Source of the DNA: an uncultured Verrucomicrobiae bacterium
GTDB lineage: Bacteria > Verrucomicrobiota > Verrucomicrobiia > Chthoniobacterales > UBA10450
NCBI GenBank assembly: GCA_963726745.1
Contig: CAVSDR010000003.1
Location: forward strand, 704,001-768,000
Direction of reading: 5' to 3'
Length of the DNA: 64,000 bases
This document shows, in pieces, positions 22,563 through 32,924 of the stretch. The notes under the pieces are model-generated. The model was not told where the DNA came from, did not search any database, and saw only the letters and a program-made list of their open reading frames with translations. Position 1 is the stretch's first letter, and each line of letters begins with the position of its first letter. The position numbers and the translations under genes are program-made.

Positions 22563-24010
22563 GCGGCGCGCGCCTGGCCACTCGCGAGGCGGGCGTAGAT
22601 TTCCTCGTAACGCTCGGCCGCCTGCTGCCAGGAGAAGCTTTGCGTCATCGCGCGGCGCACGAGGGATTGCCAGGTTTCCGCCTCAGTGCGGTAGATCACG
22701 GTCGCGCGCTTGATCGCATCCCAGAGCGCTTCCGCGGAGGGATCGTAATAGAGGAAGCCGTGGCCGGTGTCGCTCGTCGGATCATAATCCTCGATGATTT
22801 CCTGGATGCCTCCGGTCGCGCGGGCCACCGGAAGCGCGCCGTATTTCAAGCTATACATCGCGCTCAAGCCGCTCGGCTCGATCCGCGACGGGATGAGCGA
22901 AATGTCGGAGCCGGCCTCGATCAAGTGCGCCAGGGTTTCATCGTAGACTCGGCGGTAGGCGAACTTCGCGCGGTATTTCTTGGCCGCGATCGCGAGCGCG
23001 CGTTCATAGGCCGCGTCGCCTTCGCCGAGAATGATCAGGCGCACATCGTCGGAGAGCAGGCGATCGAGCACCGGCATGAGCGCATCGAAACCTTTCTCCG
23101 GCACCAGGCGCGTGACCATGCCGAAGACCGGACCGTCCGGCGACGGCGTGAGGTTTAGGCCATCGAGCAAAAGCTCGCGGCAGGTGCGTTTCCCGCGCAG
23201 GTCGAGCGGCTCAAAAGTCTGCGGCAGGAGCGGATCGCTCGCGGGATTCCAGCGCGCGTCATCCGCGCCGTTGAGAATGCCGGCTATTTTCGCCTGCTGC
23301 TCGCGCAGGACGACGTCGAGCCCGCAGCCGCCTTCGGGCGTGAGCATCTCGCGGCGAAAACGCTCGCTCACGGTCGTGACCTGGTCGGCGTAAAGCAGGC
23401 CGGCTTTGAGCAAATTCATCCGGCCGAAAAATTCCACCCCGGTCGGGCGGAAGTAGCGCTCGGGAAGATTCGTTAGGCCAAAGTCCAGGCCCCAAAAACT
23501 CCCCTGCTCCGCGAGATGATGAATCGTAAGCACGGTGCGAAATGGCAGGCGCCATTCGCGCACGAAGACCGGCACCAGCGCCGCGGCCCAATCGTGCACA
23601 TGGAGCACTTCCGGCGTGGGCGTGAGCCGGCGGGCCAGCTCGAGCGCGGCTTTGCTGAAGAAGATGAAGCGCGCGGCGTTATCCTCGTAGGCCACGCCGT
23701 GCTCGCCGTAGATCCCGGCGCGATCGAAAAACTCATCGCAGCGGACAAAGAAAAGCTGCACCCCGCCAGCGGTCCGCCCCGCGAGAAACTCGGCCACATA
23801 GGTCTTCGAGCCGAGGCGCACATCCGCGGTCACGCCGGTGTCTTTCCGTTGGACCTCCGGGTTCTCGCGAATCTCGCGATAGAACGGAAGCACGATCCCG
23901 ATCTCGTGCCCCTGCGCGCGCAGCTCCCGCGGGAGCGCCTCGAGCACGTCGACCAAAGCGGTGGCGCGGGCCAACGGCGGGCCCTCCGGCGAGATCATCA
24001 GGATGCGCAT
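22559..24010 (-). CDS. glgA: Glycogen/starch synthase (GT5) homolog with degenerate N-terminal KxGGL motif
   Basis: HVHDW, NLLKAGLLYADQVTTVS, GILNG, RLVPEKG, PSRIEPSGL, YGALPVARATGG, FSW. Confidence 0.85.
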   Translation of the reverse strand: MRILMISPEGPPLARATALVDVLEALPRELRAQGHEIGIVLPFYREIRENPEVQRKDTGVTADVRLGSKTYVAEFLAGRTAGGVQLFFVRCDEFFDRAGIYGEHGVAYEDNAARFIFFSKAALELARRLTPTPEVLHVHDWAAALVPVFVREWRLPFRTVLTIHHLAEQGSFWGLDFGLTNLPERYFRPTGVEFFGRMNLLKAGLLYADQVTTVSERFRREMLTPEGGCGLDVVLREQQAKIAGILNGADDARWNPASDPLLPQTFEPLDLRGKRTCRELLLDGLNLTPSPDGPVFGMVTRLVPEKGFDALMPVLDRLLSDDVRLIILGEGDAAYERALAIAAKKYRAKFAYRRVYDETLAHLIEAGSDISLIPSRIEPSGLSAMYSLKYGALPVARATGGIQEIIEDYDPTSDTGHGFLYYDPSAEALWDAIKRATVIYRTEAETWQSLVRRAMTQSFSWQQAAERYEEIYARLASGQARAA

Positions 24011-24015
24011 AGAAG

Positions 24016-24085
24016 CCGAAGGTCGAACGCCGAACGCTGAACGTCCAACGTCGAATTAAGACTCCCCGGTTCGACGCTCGGCCTT
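24016..24085. repeat. Heptamer tandem array (YYRAACG-like, about 6 units) with an inverted partner across the nucleotidyltransferase stop; hairpin-capable
   Basis: ccgaagg tcgaacg ccgaacg ctgaacg tccaacg tcgaatt; 24019-24035 pairs with 24069-24085. Confidence 0.65.
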
Positions 24086-25423
24086 TCCGAAACTCCCGGC
24101 CTCGATCTCCGTCTTCACCCACGCGAGCGCCTCCTCCCGGTCGGCAAACTCCCCTTCCAGCTGCCGCGTCTCGATCGTTTCCAGGATGGCCCCAAAGTGC
24201 GGACCGGGCCGCAGCCCCAGCGCGATCAAATCATCGCCGCGCACCAGCGGTGGCGGGATGATCGGCTCGGCGGCAAACTCCGCGCCTTTCGCAAGCAGGA
24301 ACTCGTAGTTATCCAGCATCCCGTGGCTGCTCGCGCAGTCGACCCGATGCAGCTCCAATTCGTCGGCAAAAGTCGGCCGGGCCATGAAACGCTTCAGCTT
24401 TGCCACCCGCATTTTCGGGACGTCTTTGAAGACCATGTGCTGCCGCACCGCCTCGACCGTGGCCTCGATCTCCGCGCGCGAAAAGCGCAGCCGCTGCATC
24501 ACCGCCTCGGTCATCTCCGCGCCTACGCGATCGTGGCCGTTGAACCGGATGCGGCCGTTCTCGTCCACCGCCGAGGTGGGCGGCTTGCCGATATCATGAA
24601 AGAGCACGCTGAAAACCAGCGGGAGCGAGCAGTCGTTAGGCAGCAACTTCAGCATCAAGCGCGTGTGCACGAAGACGTCGCCTTCCGGGTGAAACTGCGG
24701 CGGTTGCGCGCAGCCCTTCATCGCCGCCACTTCCGGCAACACCTCCGCCAGAAGTCCGCTCGCATCGAGCAAATCCCAGCCGCGCACCCGGCCAGGCGCG
24801 AGAAAAATTTTCACCAGCTCCTCGCGGATGCGCTCCGCGCTGATCTGCCCAATCGCGCCGGCTTCCCTAACGAGTGCCTCCCAGGTTCGCGGCTCGATCT
24901 CGTAGTCTAAAGTGGTCGCGAAACGGACCGCGCGCAGCAGCCGCAGCCGGTCCTCCGCAAAGCGCTGTGCGGGATCGCCAATCGCGCGGATGAGCTTGCC
25001 GGCTAAATCCGTCCGCCCGCCGACATAGTCGATTACCTCCTCGGCCCCGGGATCGTAGAACATCCCGTTGATCGTGAAATCGCGCCGTTGCGCGTCTTCC
25101 TCGGCAGTCGAAAAATGCACTTCCTTTGGCCGGCGACCATCGATGTAGGCACCGTCGGAGCGGAAGGTCGCGACCTCGAATTGCCGCCCTTCCTCCAGGA
25201 CCACGATGACGCCAAAATGCGCCCCGACCGCGTAGGTGCGGCTGAAGATTTTTTGCACCTGCTCGGGCCGGGCATCGGTCGCGATGTCGAAGTCCTTCGG
25301 GGTGACGCCGCGGAGAAGATCGCGCACGCAACCGCCGGCGAAATAGGCGACGTGCCCGTGCTCGCGCAGTTGCGCCACGATTCGGCGCGCGCTCGTTTCC
25401 TCGTTCGCCTCGCTGCTTGTCAT
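24056..25423 (-). CDS. CCA tRNA nucleotidyltransferase / poly(A) polymerase family protein with HD domain
   Basis: GGCVRDLL..PKDFDIAT, EVATFR, RRDFTING, EDRLRLLRAVRFA, ERIREE, FHPEGDVFVHT, LFHDIGKP; start at 25423 inferred. Confidence 0.93.
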   Translation of the reverse strand: MTSSEANEETSARRIVAQLREHGHVAYFAGGCVRDLLRGVTPKDFDIATDARPEQVQKIFSRTYAVGAHFGVIVVLEEGRQFEVATFRSDGAYIDGRRPKEVHFSTAEEDAQRRDFTINGMFYDPGAEEVIDYVGGRTDLAGKLIRAIGDPAQRFAEDRLRLLRAVRFATTLDYEIEPRTWEALVREAGAIGQISAERIREELVKIFLAPGRVRGWDLLDASGLLAEVLPEVAAMKGCAQPPQFHPEGDVFVHTRLMLKLLPNDCSLPLVFSVLFHDIGKPPTSAVDENGRIRFNGHDRVGAEMTEAVMQRLRFSRAEIEATVEAVRQHMVFKDVPKMRVAKLKRFMARPTFADELELHRVDCASSHGMLDNYEFLLAKGAEFAAEPIIPPPLVRGDDLIALGLRPGPHFGAILETIETRQLEGEFADREEALAWVKTEIEAGSFGKAERRTGES

Positions 25424-25523
25424 CCCGGCGCCATCTTCGCGGCGGGCGCGCGGGCTGTCGAGTGAAGCGCCCATCGCCGGCACGATTGAAGAATCCAGCT
25501 CGCTGGCTAGCCTTCGCCACTCC

Positions 25524-27374
25524 ATGAAGCATCTCTTCGCCGCCGGCCTGCTCCTCGGCACCGTCCTCGCCGCCGAGGCTGTGCCTTTCACTTTCACGAA
25601 CACCGGGAGCATGCAGGAGGCGCGGCTCTGGCACTCGGCCACGTTGCTCCGGAACGGCAAGGTGCTGGTCGCCGGCGGAGGAGTCGCGGGCGAAATCGGC
25701 AGCGCGGAAATCTACGACCCGACGAGCGGCGCCTGGACGACCACGGGGAGCTTGCTCAAGCCGCGGGCCTTTCACAGCGCCACCTTGTTGCCCAATGGAA
25801 AAGTGCTCGTCGCCGCCGGCTTGGCGAATAGCGGCGGCACGCAGACGAGCGCGGAACTTTACGACCCGGCCACGGGCGTTTGGAGCGCCACCGGGAGCCT
25901 GCGGAGCGGGCGCGAATACCACACCGCCAGCTTGCTGCCTAACGGGAAGGTGCTGGTCGCGGGCGGTTCTTATCTCGCGAGCGCGGAGCTCTACGATCCC
26001 GCGACGGCCACGTGGACTTTTACCGGCAGCATGAGCAACGGTCGCGAAGCGCACAGCGCCACGCTCCTGCTCGATGGCCGGGTGCTCGTGGTCGGCGGCC
26101 GGCGCGTGGGCAGCATTGCCTCGGCCGAAATCTACGACCCGGCGACGGGCGTCTGGTCGGCTGCGGGGACTCTCGCGGCGGCGCGCGCAAACCATTCCGC
26201 CACGCTCCTGCCGAGCGGCAAAGTGCTGGTCGCCGGCGGCTTTGATTACGGCACGGGCAAGGCGCTCGCGAGCGCGGAAATTTACGATCCGGCAAGCAAT
26301 TCCTGGAGCACGACCAGTGCGCTCGCGACTGCCCGTTCGCTCCACACCGGCACGCTCCTGCCAGACGGCCGCGTGCTCGTGGGCGGCGGGATCGCGAGCA
26401 ACAGCCTGCCGCTGGCCAGCGCGCAGATCTACACTCCGGCGACGGGCACCTGGAGCGCCACCGGCAGTCTCAAGGCCGCGCGAACGACCCACACGGCCAC
26501 GCTCCTGCCGGACAGCAATGTCCTTTTCGCCGGAGGCGACGACACCAGCGCGCGCGCCCTGGCCAGCGCGGAACTTTTCCTGACCGACGGACCGGCAACC
26601 ACGCTGCGGAATATCTCCAGCCGCCTCCAGGTGCTGACCGGCGATAAAATCCTCATTGGCGGTTTCATCATCACCGGAACGGCTCCGAAAAAAGTGATCG
26701 TGCGCGCCCTGGGCCCGTCGCTCGGCGCGCGTGGGGTCGCCGGCGCGTTGGCCGATCCGGTCCTGGAATTGATCCGGCCAGATGGCAGCTCGGTCCTGAA
26801 CGATAACTGGACGAGCAACCGCGCCGAGGTGGCAGCGACCACGCTCGCGCCGGAACGCGACGAAGAAGCGGCCATCGTCGAAACGCTCGCGCCCGGCGCC
26901 TACACTGCGCTGGTGACCGGCCACGGAAACACCACCGGCGTGGGCCTGGTGGAGGTCTACGATCTTGATCCGGCAGCGGGTTCCGTGCTGGCGAATATTT
27001 CCACGCGCGGGCTGGTGCAGAGCGGCGAGAACGTGCTCATCGGCGGCTTTATTCTCCGCGGAAGCAGCAATCTCACGCGCGTGGTCCTGCGCGGCATCGG
27101 GCCTTCGTTAGCCGAGACTACCAGCCTGACCGACGTGCTGGCCGATCCGGTGCTCGACTTGCGCGACGCGAATGGCGCGCGCCTGCTCTTGAACGACGAC
27201 TGGCAATCGGATGCGGATGCAGCCGCGGAACTGGTGCGCGCCGGCCTGGCACCGCGGCGCGCGGAGGAAGCGGCGCTCTTTACCGCCCTGCCGGCGGGGA
27301 ATTTCACCGTCATCTTGTCGGGTAAAAATGGCGGCAGCGGCATTGCCGTGGTCGAGGCCTACAACGTGCGCTAA
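25524..27374 (+). CDS. Secreted Kelch-repeat beta-propeller protein with tandem NISTR C-terminal domain
   Basis: Signal peptide; about 7 repeats 'R..H.ATLL..GKVLV.GG...SAE.YDP.TG.W'; 'LRNISSRLQVLTGDKILIGGFII' and 'LANISTRGLV', ending VVEAYNVR. Confidence 0.92.
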   Translation: MKHLFAAGLLLGTVLAAEAVPFTFTNTGSMQEARLWHSATLLRNGKVLVAGGGVAGEIGSAEIYDPTSGAWTTTGSLLKPRAFHSATLLPNGKVLVAAGLANSGGTQTSAELYDPATGVWSATGSLRSGREYHTASLLPNGKVLVAGGSYLASAELYDPATATWTFTGSMSNGREAHSATLLLDGRVLVVGGRRVGSIASAEIYDPATGVWSAAGTLAAARANHSATLLPSGKVLVAGGFDYGTGKALASAEIYDPASNSWSTTSALATARSLHTGTLLPDGRVLVGGGIASNSLPLASAQIYTPATGTWSATGSLKAARTTHTATLLPDSNVLFAGGDDTSARALASAELFLTDGPATTLRNISSRLQVLTGDKILIGGFIITGTAPKKVIVRALGPSLGARGVAGALADPVLELIRPDGSSVLNDNWTSNRAEVAATTLAPERDEEAAIVETLAPGAYTALVTGHGNTTGVGLVEVYDLDPAAGSVLANISTRGLVQSGENVLIGGFILRGSSNLTRVVLRGIGPSLAETTSLTDVLADPVLDLRDANGARLLLNDDWQSDADAAAELVRAGLAPRRAEEAALFTALPAGNFTVILSGKNGGSGIAVVEAYNVR

Positions 27375-27433
27375 GGCGGCCGCGCTTTACTGGCCGCGGC
27401 TAAGCGGGGCGCCTCAGGCCGCGACTGCACTCG

Positions 27434-30400
27434 CTAGGGAGTGCAGGCGCCCGCGGTATCGCCGTGGTCCAAGTGACGCCGCAACTCCAAGCTGCTGCAC
27501 TGGAAGAGGAGCGTGGTCGTGCGCTTGTGGCAGACCTCGCAGTTCACCGGCGGGGTTGGTGAAGGAGTCGGAGTCGGAGTCGGAGTCGGAGTCGGAGTCG
27601 GAGTCGGAGTCGGAGTCGGAGTCGGAGTCGGAGTCGGAGTCGGAGTGGCGGAGTCGGAGTCGGAGTCGGAGTCGGCGTCGGCGTCGGAGTCGGAGTTGGC
27701 GTCGGCGTCGGCGTCGGCGTTGGCGTTGGCGTTGGCGTTGGCGTTGGCGTTGGCGTTGGCGTTGGCGTTGGCGTTGGCGTTGGCGTTGGCGTTGGCGTTG
27801 GCGTTGGCGTTGGCGTTGGCGTTGGCGTTGGCGTGGCAGTGACGGTGTGGGGCTCTGTGCCGAAGCTGCCGTTGAAGGTCGCGCTGCCGCCGTAGGTTGC
27901 GGTGAGGGTTCGTGCCCCGGCCGTGTTCAGGGCGAGCGAACATTGCCCGGCGGCGACGGACCCGTTGCAACTGTCCACTCCATCCGAAACCGTCACCGTG
28001 CCGGTGGGCGTGCCTGCGCCCGGAGCGGTCGCGGCCACGGAATAAAAGACGGTAAAGACTTCGCCCTGGACCGTCGGATCGGCGGACTCGGCGGTAATCA
28101 CTGTGGTGGTCGCGGCCTTGTCGACTTGATGCGGGGCCGTGCCGGAACTGCTGTTGAAATTCGTGTCGCCGGGATAGGTCGCGGTAAGGGTGCGCGCGCC
28201 CACGGTGGTGAGGGCAACACTACAGGTCCCGGCGGCCACCGAGGCCATGCAGCTATTCACGCCATCACTGACCGTAACGGTGCCGGTGGGCGTGCCGCCG
28301 AACTGTGGTGTGACCGTGAAGTTGACCGTGACCGACTGCCCGCTGACCGACGGATCGGGTGCATCGGACGTGATCGCGGTGGTGGTGCCGGCTTTGGTGA
28401 TCGTGACACTGGCGGTGGCAGTGCCGTTGTCGACCTTGGCATCGGCGGAGCCGGCGCCGGCCGCGGTGGCGTCGAAACTGGCCGTTGCGGTGCCGCTGGC
28501 TTGGATGGTCGCCTGCGCGCCGGAGATCGTGCCGCGCACCGCATTGCTGAAGGTGATCGGACGACCGATCAAGACGTCGAGGTTACTCGCCGCGATCGCG
28601 CTCCCGGCGGAGTTGGTGAGGAAACTCGCGGTCAAGGTGGAGGCCTGTCCCACACTGATCGTGCCCGGACTCGCGGAATGGGTAAAACGGAGCCACGGAT
28701 CGAAATCAACTGAACCGGCAGTGGCGCCGGCCGTGTCGCATGGAGCGACGGACGGCCCGGTATTGCAGCCCCACCAATTATTCTCGACATTTGCCGTCCC
28801 GCCACGCGTGACCAATCCGGTAAATCCGCCACCGGTGTTTCCGACGATGCGCGAGAAACTCACATTCAAAACGTTGCCGTTTGCCCCGGTCTGAGAGCCG
28901 ACGTCAATCGCTCCGCCGCTGGTTCCCGCTGAGTTGCCCGTCATTGTCGCCTTGCTCAGGTTGACCGAGGACATGAACACGTTCATCGAAAGTCCACCGC
29001 CATTGATTCCGGTGGAATTATTACTGATCGTCGTCGGGGCGGTAAAAGTGAGTCCGCGCTCAGTGAAAACACCGCCGCCTCGGTCTTGCGTGGTATTATT
29101 GGAGATCGTCACGCTCGAGAGATTCGAGTTACCGCTGGCCCCTCCGGCAATGGCAAAGATAAACAGTCCGCCACCATTGTTATTGATGCCGGTGGTTTGA
29201 TTGCCATTGATGCTGCCGGTTGCGAAAGAGAAAGGCGTGCCGAAACCGACAAAGATACCGCCGCCGGCAGTTCCATTACTGGACACCGTTCTGGACGCTG
29301 TATTCCCCGTCACGTTCGTATTCGTCAGGGTGACTCCGCCGCTGGCGCCGGTGGTAAAGACGAGGCCGCCGCCACGCCCGTCGAGGGCCGTGTTTTGGTC
29401 AACATTCACGTTCGATAGACTGATCGTTCCGTTGCTGACCCCGTCCCAATCCAAACCTCCGCCATATCCGTCGCCACTGAAGGCCGAAGGATTGCGCCCG
29501 TAGCGCATCGTGAGTCCGGAAAGGCTGGTGGCAAAGGCCGAGTTGAAGAGCGGGTTGATGGAAAAAACCTTGTCGATGCCGTTGGTCGCATTGCTTCCGG
29601 CCTGAATGATGGTGTTGCCGGTCCCGTTGCCCACGATCGTCAGGGCCTGCGTCACATCCAGATCGCCCGTGGCCGACGCGTTTTCGCCAGCGCCTGGAAT
29701 GGTGAGTTGAAACGTTCCGTTGACGTTGAACGTGATCATGTCCGCCCCGGCGGCATTGTTCGCTGCCACCACCGCCTCGCGCAGCGAGCAATCTGCATTG
29801 CAGGCGCCATCGTTCGTGTCCGCCGTTTTCGTGACCGCAAAAGTCGCCGCCGGCGTGATCAACATCGGGTTCGGCTCCAGGCCTCCATCCACAAAAAAGA
29901 CAAAGCTCTGCTGCCCCATGACGTTCAGTCGCATCGGCAGAACCGCCGTCGGCGGCGCACTGAAACTCATCTCCTGCGAACGGGTCTCGCCGGTAAAGGC
30001 GGCGCGCTTCGTTCCGGACGCCGGCTCCTTGAAAAGGATGCGCACGCGCTGCTGTTGCGCATCAGTCACGAGCAGATCGTCGGTTTCGCCGCCGGTGAGA
30101 TAAGCCTTTTGCAGGCGCCCGGCGGGCATGTTCGCCGGGTAGGCTTCGGCCACGGTCCACGGGTCAAGCGCGGCCCGCGCTGCGCTCGCGGGCGTGGGAT
30201 TGCCGCGGCCGCCGTTTTGCTGCCAGGTCGCGAGCACTTCCTCGGTCGTAAACGGCCGCCGATCGAGCCGGCCGCGCGTCAGGTAGAGGACGGTCCCATC
30301 CGCCGCGAGCACCGCGATCTCCGCGCGCCCTGCCCGGTCGCGAATGAATTCGCCCACCGCCAGATCGACTGCGGAGACAGGCAGCGAGATGCACTCAACG

Positions 30401-31293
30401 GCGCCGGCGGCCTGCCCGATCTGCCGCACTTGGAAAACCACGCCGTCGACCACGCCGAACAAGTCCTTGCCCGAAGCGTCGCCGCCCGGGGAGGCGAGCA
30501 CGAGCACATTCGCCGTGCCTGCCAGCGGCAACTGGCGCGGAGTCGACCCCAATAACTCCGCGGCGCCATCGAAGATCGAGAGCATCGAAGAATCGCCGGC
30601 GCGCGTGGCCACGACCAGGCCCGCATAGCTCTTGGAAGCATCGAGCGTCTCGGCCGCGAGCGCGGTGATCTCACCCTCGAGCGCAATTTCCTGCGGCGCG
30701 GCGAAGCCGCCCTGCCCATCGGACGCCATCAGGTAAACCGCACCTCCGCCCCGCGCGGCGAAGACCAAATCGACCGCGGAATCCCGGGTGAACTTGCCGG
30801 CAAAAAGGAAGTCCGGCGCGACCGGCACCGCCATCACCGCCGCCTCGCGCTCGAACGGCGCAGGGAAAACGCCCGCGCGCAAACCGGCGAGGATCGCTGG
30901 GTCGGTCGGCTCAAAAGCTTGCCGGCTGGCCCGGTGCAGGACGAGCAAACCGCTGCCATCCGCATTCCGGAATCCGCTGACTAAATCCGCGTAGCCATCG
31001 GCGTTGATGTCGGCGGCGACCTGCCCGCCTGGCGTGGTTCCCGCGCTGGTGAGCGTGGCGCGCGCGCCGTTGCTCGCGCGAAATTTCGTCGCCACGGGAC
31101 TGCCCGCCTGAAGGTTGAGCCAAACCGACGCGCGTTCGCCGAGTTGGACGGAGGGCGCGTCGGTCAGGCTACTCGCCCGGGTTTCCGACCAAAGATCGGG
31201 CACGAGCGCCTGGACAAAAAGGAAACAGCCGACCGCGCCGAAGACGCCCGCCATGGGGATTCGGTAACGTAAGAGAGTTTGGGGGAAACGCAT
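27434..31293 (-). CDS. Large secreted protein: FG-GAP-like region, CSLREA motif, Gly/Asn/Thr-rich beta-helix, Ig-like (Big_3-type) repeats, Pro-Thr linker, small Cys/His C-terminal domain; apparent frameshift at ~27649
   Basis: [45 protein letters not shown]; two '[12 protein letters not shown]' Ig repeats; tail VNCEVCHK...[13 protein letters not shown] in ORF 27434-27970; ATG at 31293 inferred. Confidence 0.8.
27564..27834. repeat. Hexamer microsatellite (GGAGTC/GGCGTC/GGCGTT)n encoding a roughly 45-unit Pro-Thr linker
   Basis: Seen directly; one register break at ~27647-27650. Confidence 0.95.
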
Positions 31294-31413
31294 GTCACAG
31301 CCTAGAAAACAACCTTGCAAGGAGTCGACGCCTTTTTGCCGGAGTGGCCTTGAGCTGAAACTGCTCGGCTGCGGCTTTACTCGACCCGCCATCCGTTTCA
31401 CTGTCGCCTCGCC

Positions 31414-32511
31414 ATGCGCTTCAAACCTTCCCTCGACTGGCTCCTGGTCTTCGTCCCGATCGCGATCGCGCTCCGCTTCTGGCCGGGGTCGAATCCGGTG
31501 GCGCTGTTTGTTTGCGCGGCGATCGCGATCGTCCCGGTGGCCGGCTGGATCGGGCATTCGACCGAGGCGCTGGCGGCGCGCGTGGGCGCTGGGCTGGGCG
31601 GTTTGTTGAACGCCACTTTCGGCAACGCCGCGGAGCTGATCATCGCTGGGATCGCGCTGCACAAGGGGCTGCCCGGCGTGGTCAAGGCCTCGATCACCGG
31701 CTCGATCATCGGCAACATCCTGCTGGTTCTGGGCCTCTCGATTCTCGTGGGCGGAACCCGCTACCAGGAGCAGCGCTTTAACCGCACCGGCGCGCGCACG
31801 ACCACGATCTCGCTCTCGCTGGCCGGCATCGCGCTGATTATTCCCACCGTTTTCCATCTCGCGGCCGCGGGCACGCCCACCGGGTGGACGCCGCAAATGG
31901 AGCAAAATCTCTCTCTCGCGATCGCGGTGATTTTGTTTGTGACTTATTTCTGCGTGCTGTGGTTTTCGCTTAAGACGCACAAGCATTTCTACCAAAGCAG
32001 CGAGGAGACTGGGCATGGCGAGACGGTTTGGTCGCGCACCAAGGCAATCACGATCCTGCTGCTGGCGACCGCAGTGGTCGCCGCGCTCTCGGAATTTCTC
32101 GTCGGCACGATCGAGAGCGTGCGCGACACCATCGGAGTGACGGAAGTCTTCGTGGGCGTGATCGTGGTCGCGATCGTGGGCAACGCCGCGGAGCACTCGA
32201 CCGCGATTGTGATGGCCTGGAAAAACAAGATGGACCTGAGCGTCGGGATCGCCATCGGCTCGAGCCTGCAGATTGCGCTCTTCGTCGCGCCCGTGCTGGT
32301 CTTTCTTTCCTACGCCTTTGGTCGGCCGATGGACCTGGAGTTTTCCCTGCCGGAGATCTTTGCTGTGATCGCGTCGATCTACCTGCTCTTCCAGATCAGC
32401 GGCGACGGCGAAACGAACTGGATCGAGGGCGTGCAGCTCCTCTCGGTTTACCTGATCCTGGGCGTGCTTTTTTTCTTCCTTCCGGAAGCGCACCACGCCA
32501 CCGGGCACTAG
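31414..32511 (+). CDS. cax: Ca2+/H+ antiporter (CaCA family, CAX/ChaA-type)
   Basis: Two alpha-repeats: '[14 protein letters not shown]...[12 protein letters not shown]' and 'AIVGNAAEH...[12 protein letters not shown]'; about 10-11 TM segments. Confidence 0.93.
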   Translation: MRFKPSLDWLLVFVPIAIALRFWPGSNPVALFVCAAIAIVPVAGWIGHSTEALAARVGAGLGGLLNATFGNAAELIIAGIALHKGLPGVVKASITGSIIGNILLVLGLSILVGGTRYQEQRFNRTGARTTTISLSLAGIALIIPTVFHLAAAGTPTGWTPQMEQNLSLAIAVILFVTYFCVLWFSLKTHKHFYQSSEETGHGETVWSRTKAITILLLATAVVAALSEFLVGTIESVRDTIGVTEVFVGVIVVAIVGNAAEHSTAIVMAWKNKMDLSVGIAIGSSLQIALFVAPVLVFLSYAFGRPMDLEFSLPEIFAVIASIYLLFQISGDGETNWIEGVQLLSVYLILGVLFFFLPEAHHATGH

Positions 32512-32526
32512 CGGAGGACGCGCGGT

Positions 32527-32844
32527 TTAGCCGCGCGCGAGGTCCGCATACTGGCCGTTGCCGTTGCGGCGGTGCGCACCGTCGAGCATGATCGGCAGGC
32601 GGAAAGCGCGGGAGTTTGGCAGATATTGATGGGTGCGCAGGTGGCGGTTGGAAATGAACCAGACTTGATCCTCGTTATTCGAGAGGATGAAGAAAGCCTC
32701 GCCGCTTTCCGAGAGCGAGAAAGCTCCAAGCACGAGGTAGGCAGTCTCAGAGTTGAAGCCGTGCTCCAGCGGCCGCGGCTGCGGCGCCGCATCGCCCGCC
32801 ATTTCCTCGATCGATACGTAAAGGCCTGGCTGGACAAACATCAT
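32527..32844 (-). CDS. Hypothetical protein (105 aa)
   Basis: Protein-like composition, fills the gap between convergent/divergent neighbours, GGAG upstream. Confidence 0.6.
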   Translation of the reverse strand: MMFVQPGLYVSIEEMAGDAAPQPRPLEHGFNSETAYLVLGAFSLSESGEAFFILSNNEDQVWFISNRHLRTHQYLPNSRAFRLPIMLDGAHRRNGNGQYADLARG

Positions 32845-32924
32845 AAGAGCTCCCTATCTCTACTACGGATGCCGCCGCCTGCGCGGGTGCAATGCGCCGG
32901 TTTCCTGAAGAACCTTCACCCCTC

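Noticed and set aside
27211..28713. ORFs with poly-ES, RW, GV, AL, AN or LR tracts
   Set aside because: Alternative-frame readings of the Pro-Thr microsatellite.
31294..32508. N-terminal 400 aa of the 1654-aa ORF 27544-32508
   Set aside because: Antisense shadow of the Ca2+/H+ antiporter gene; the real start is probably 31293.
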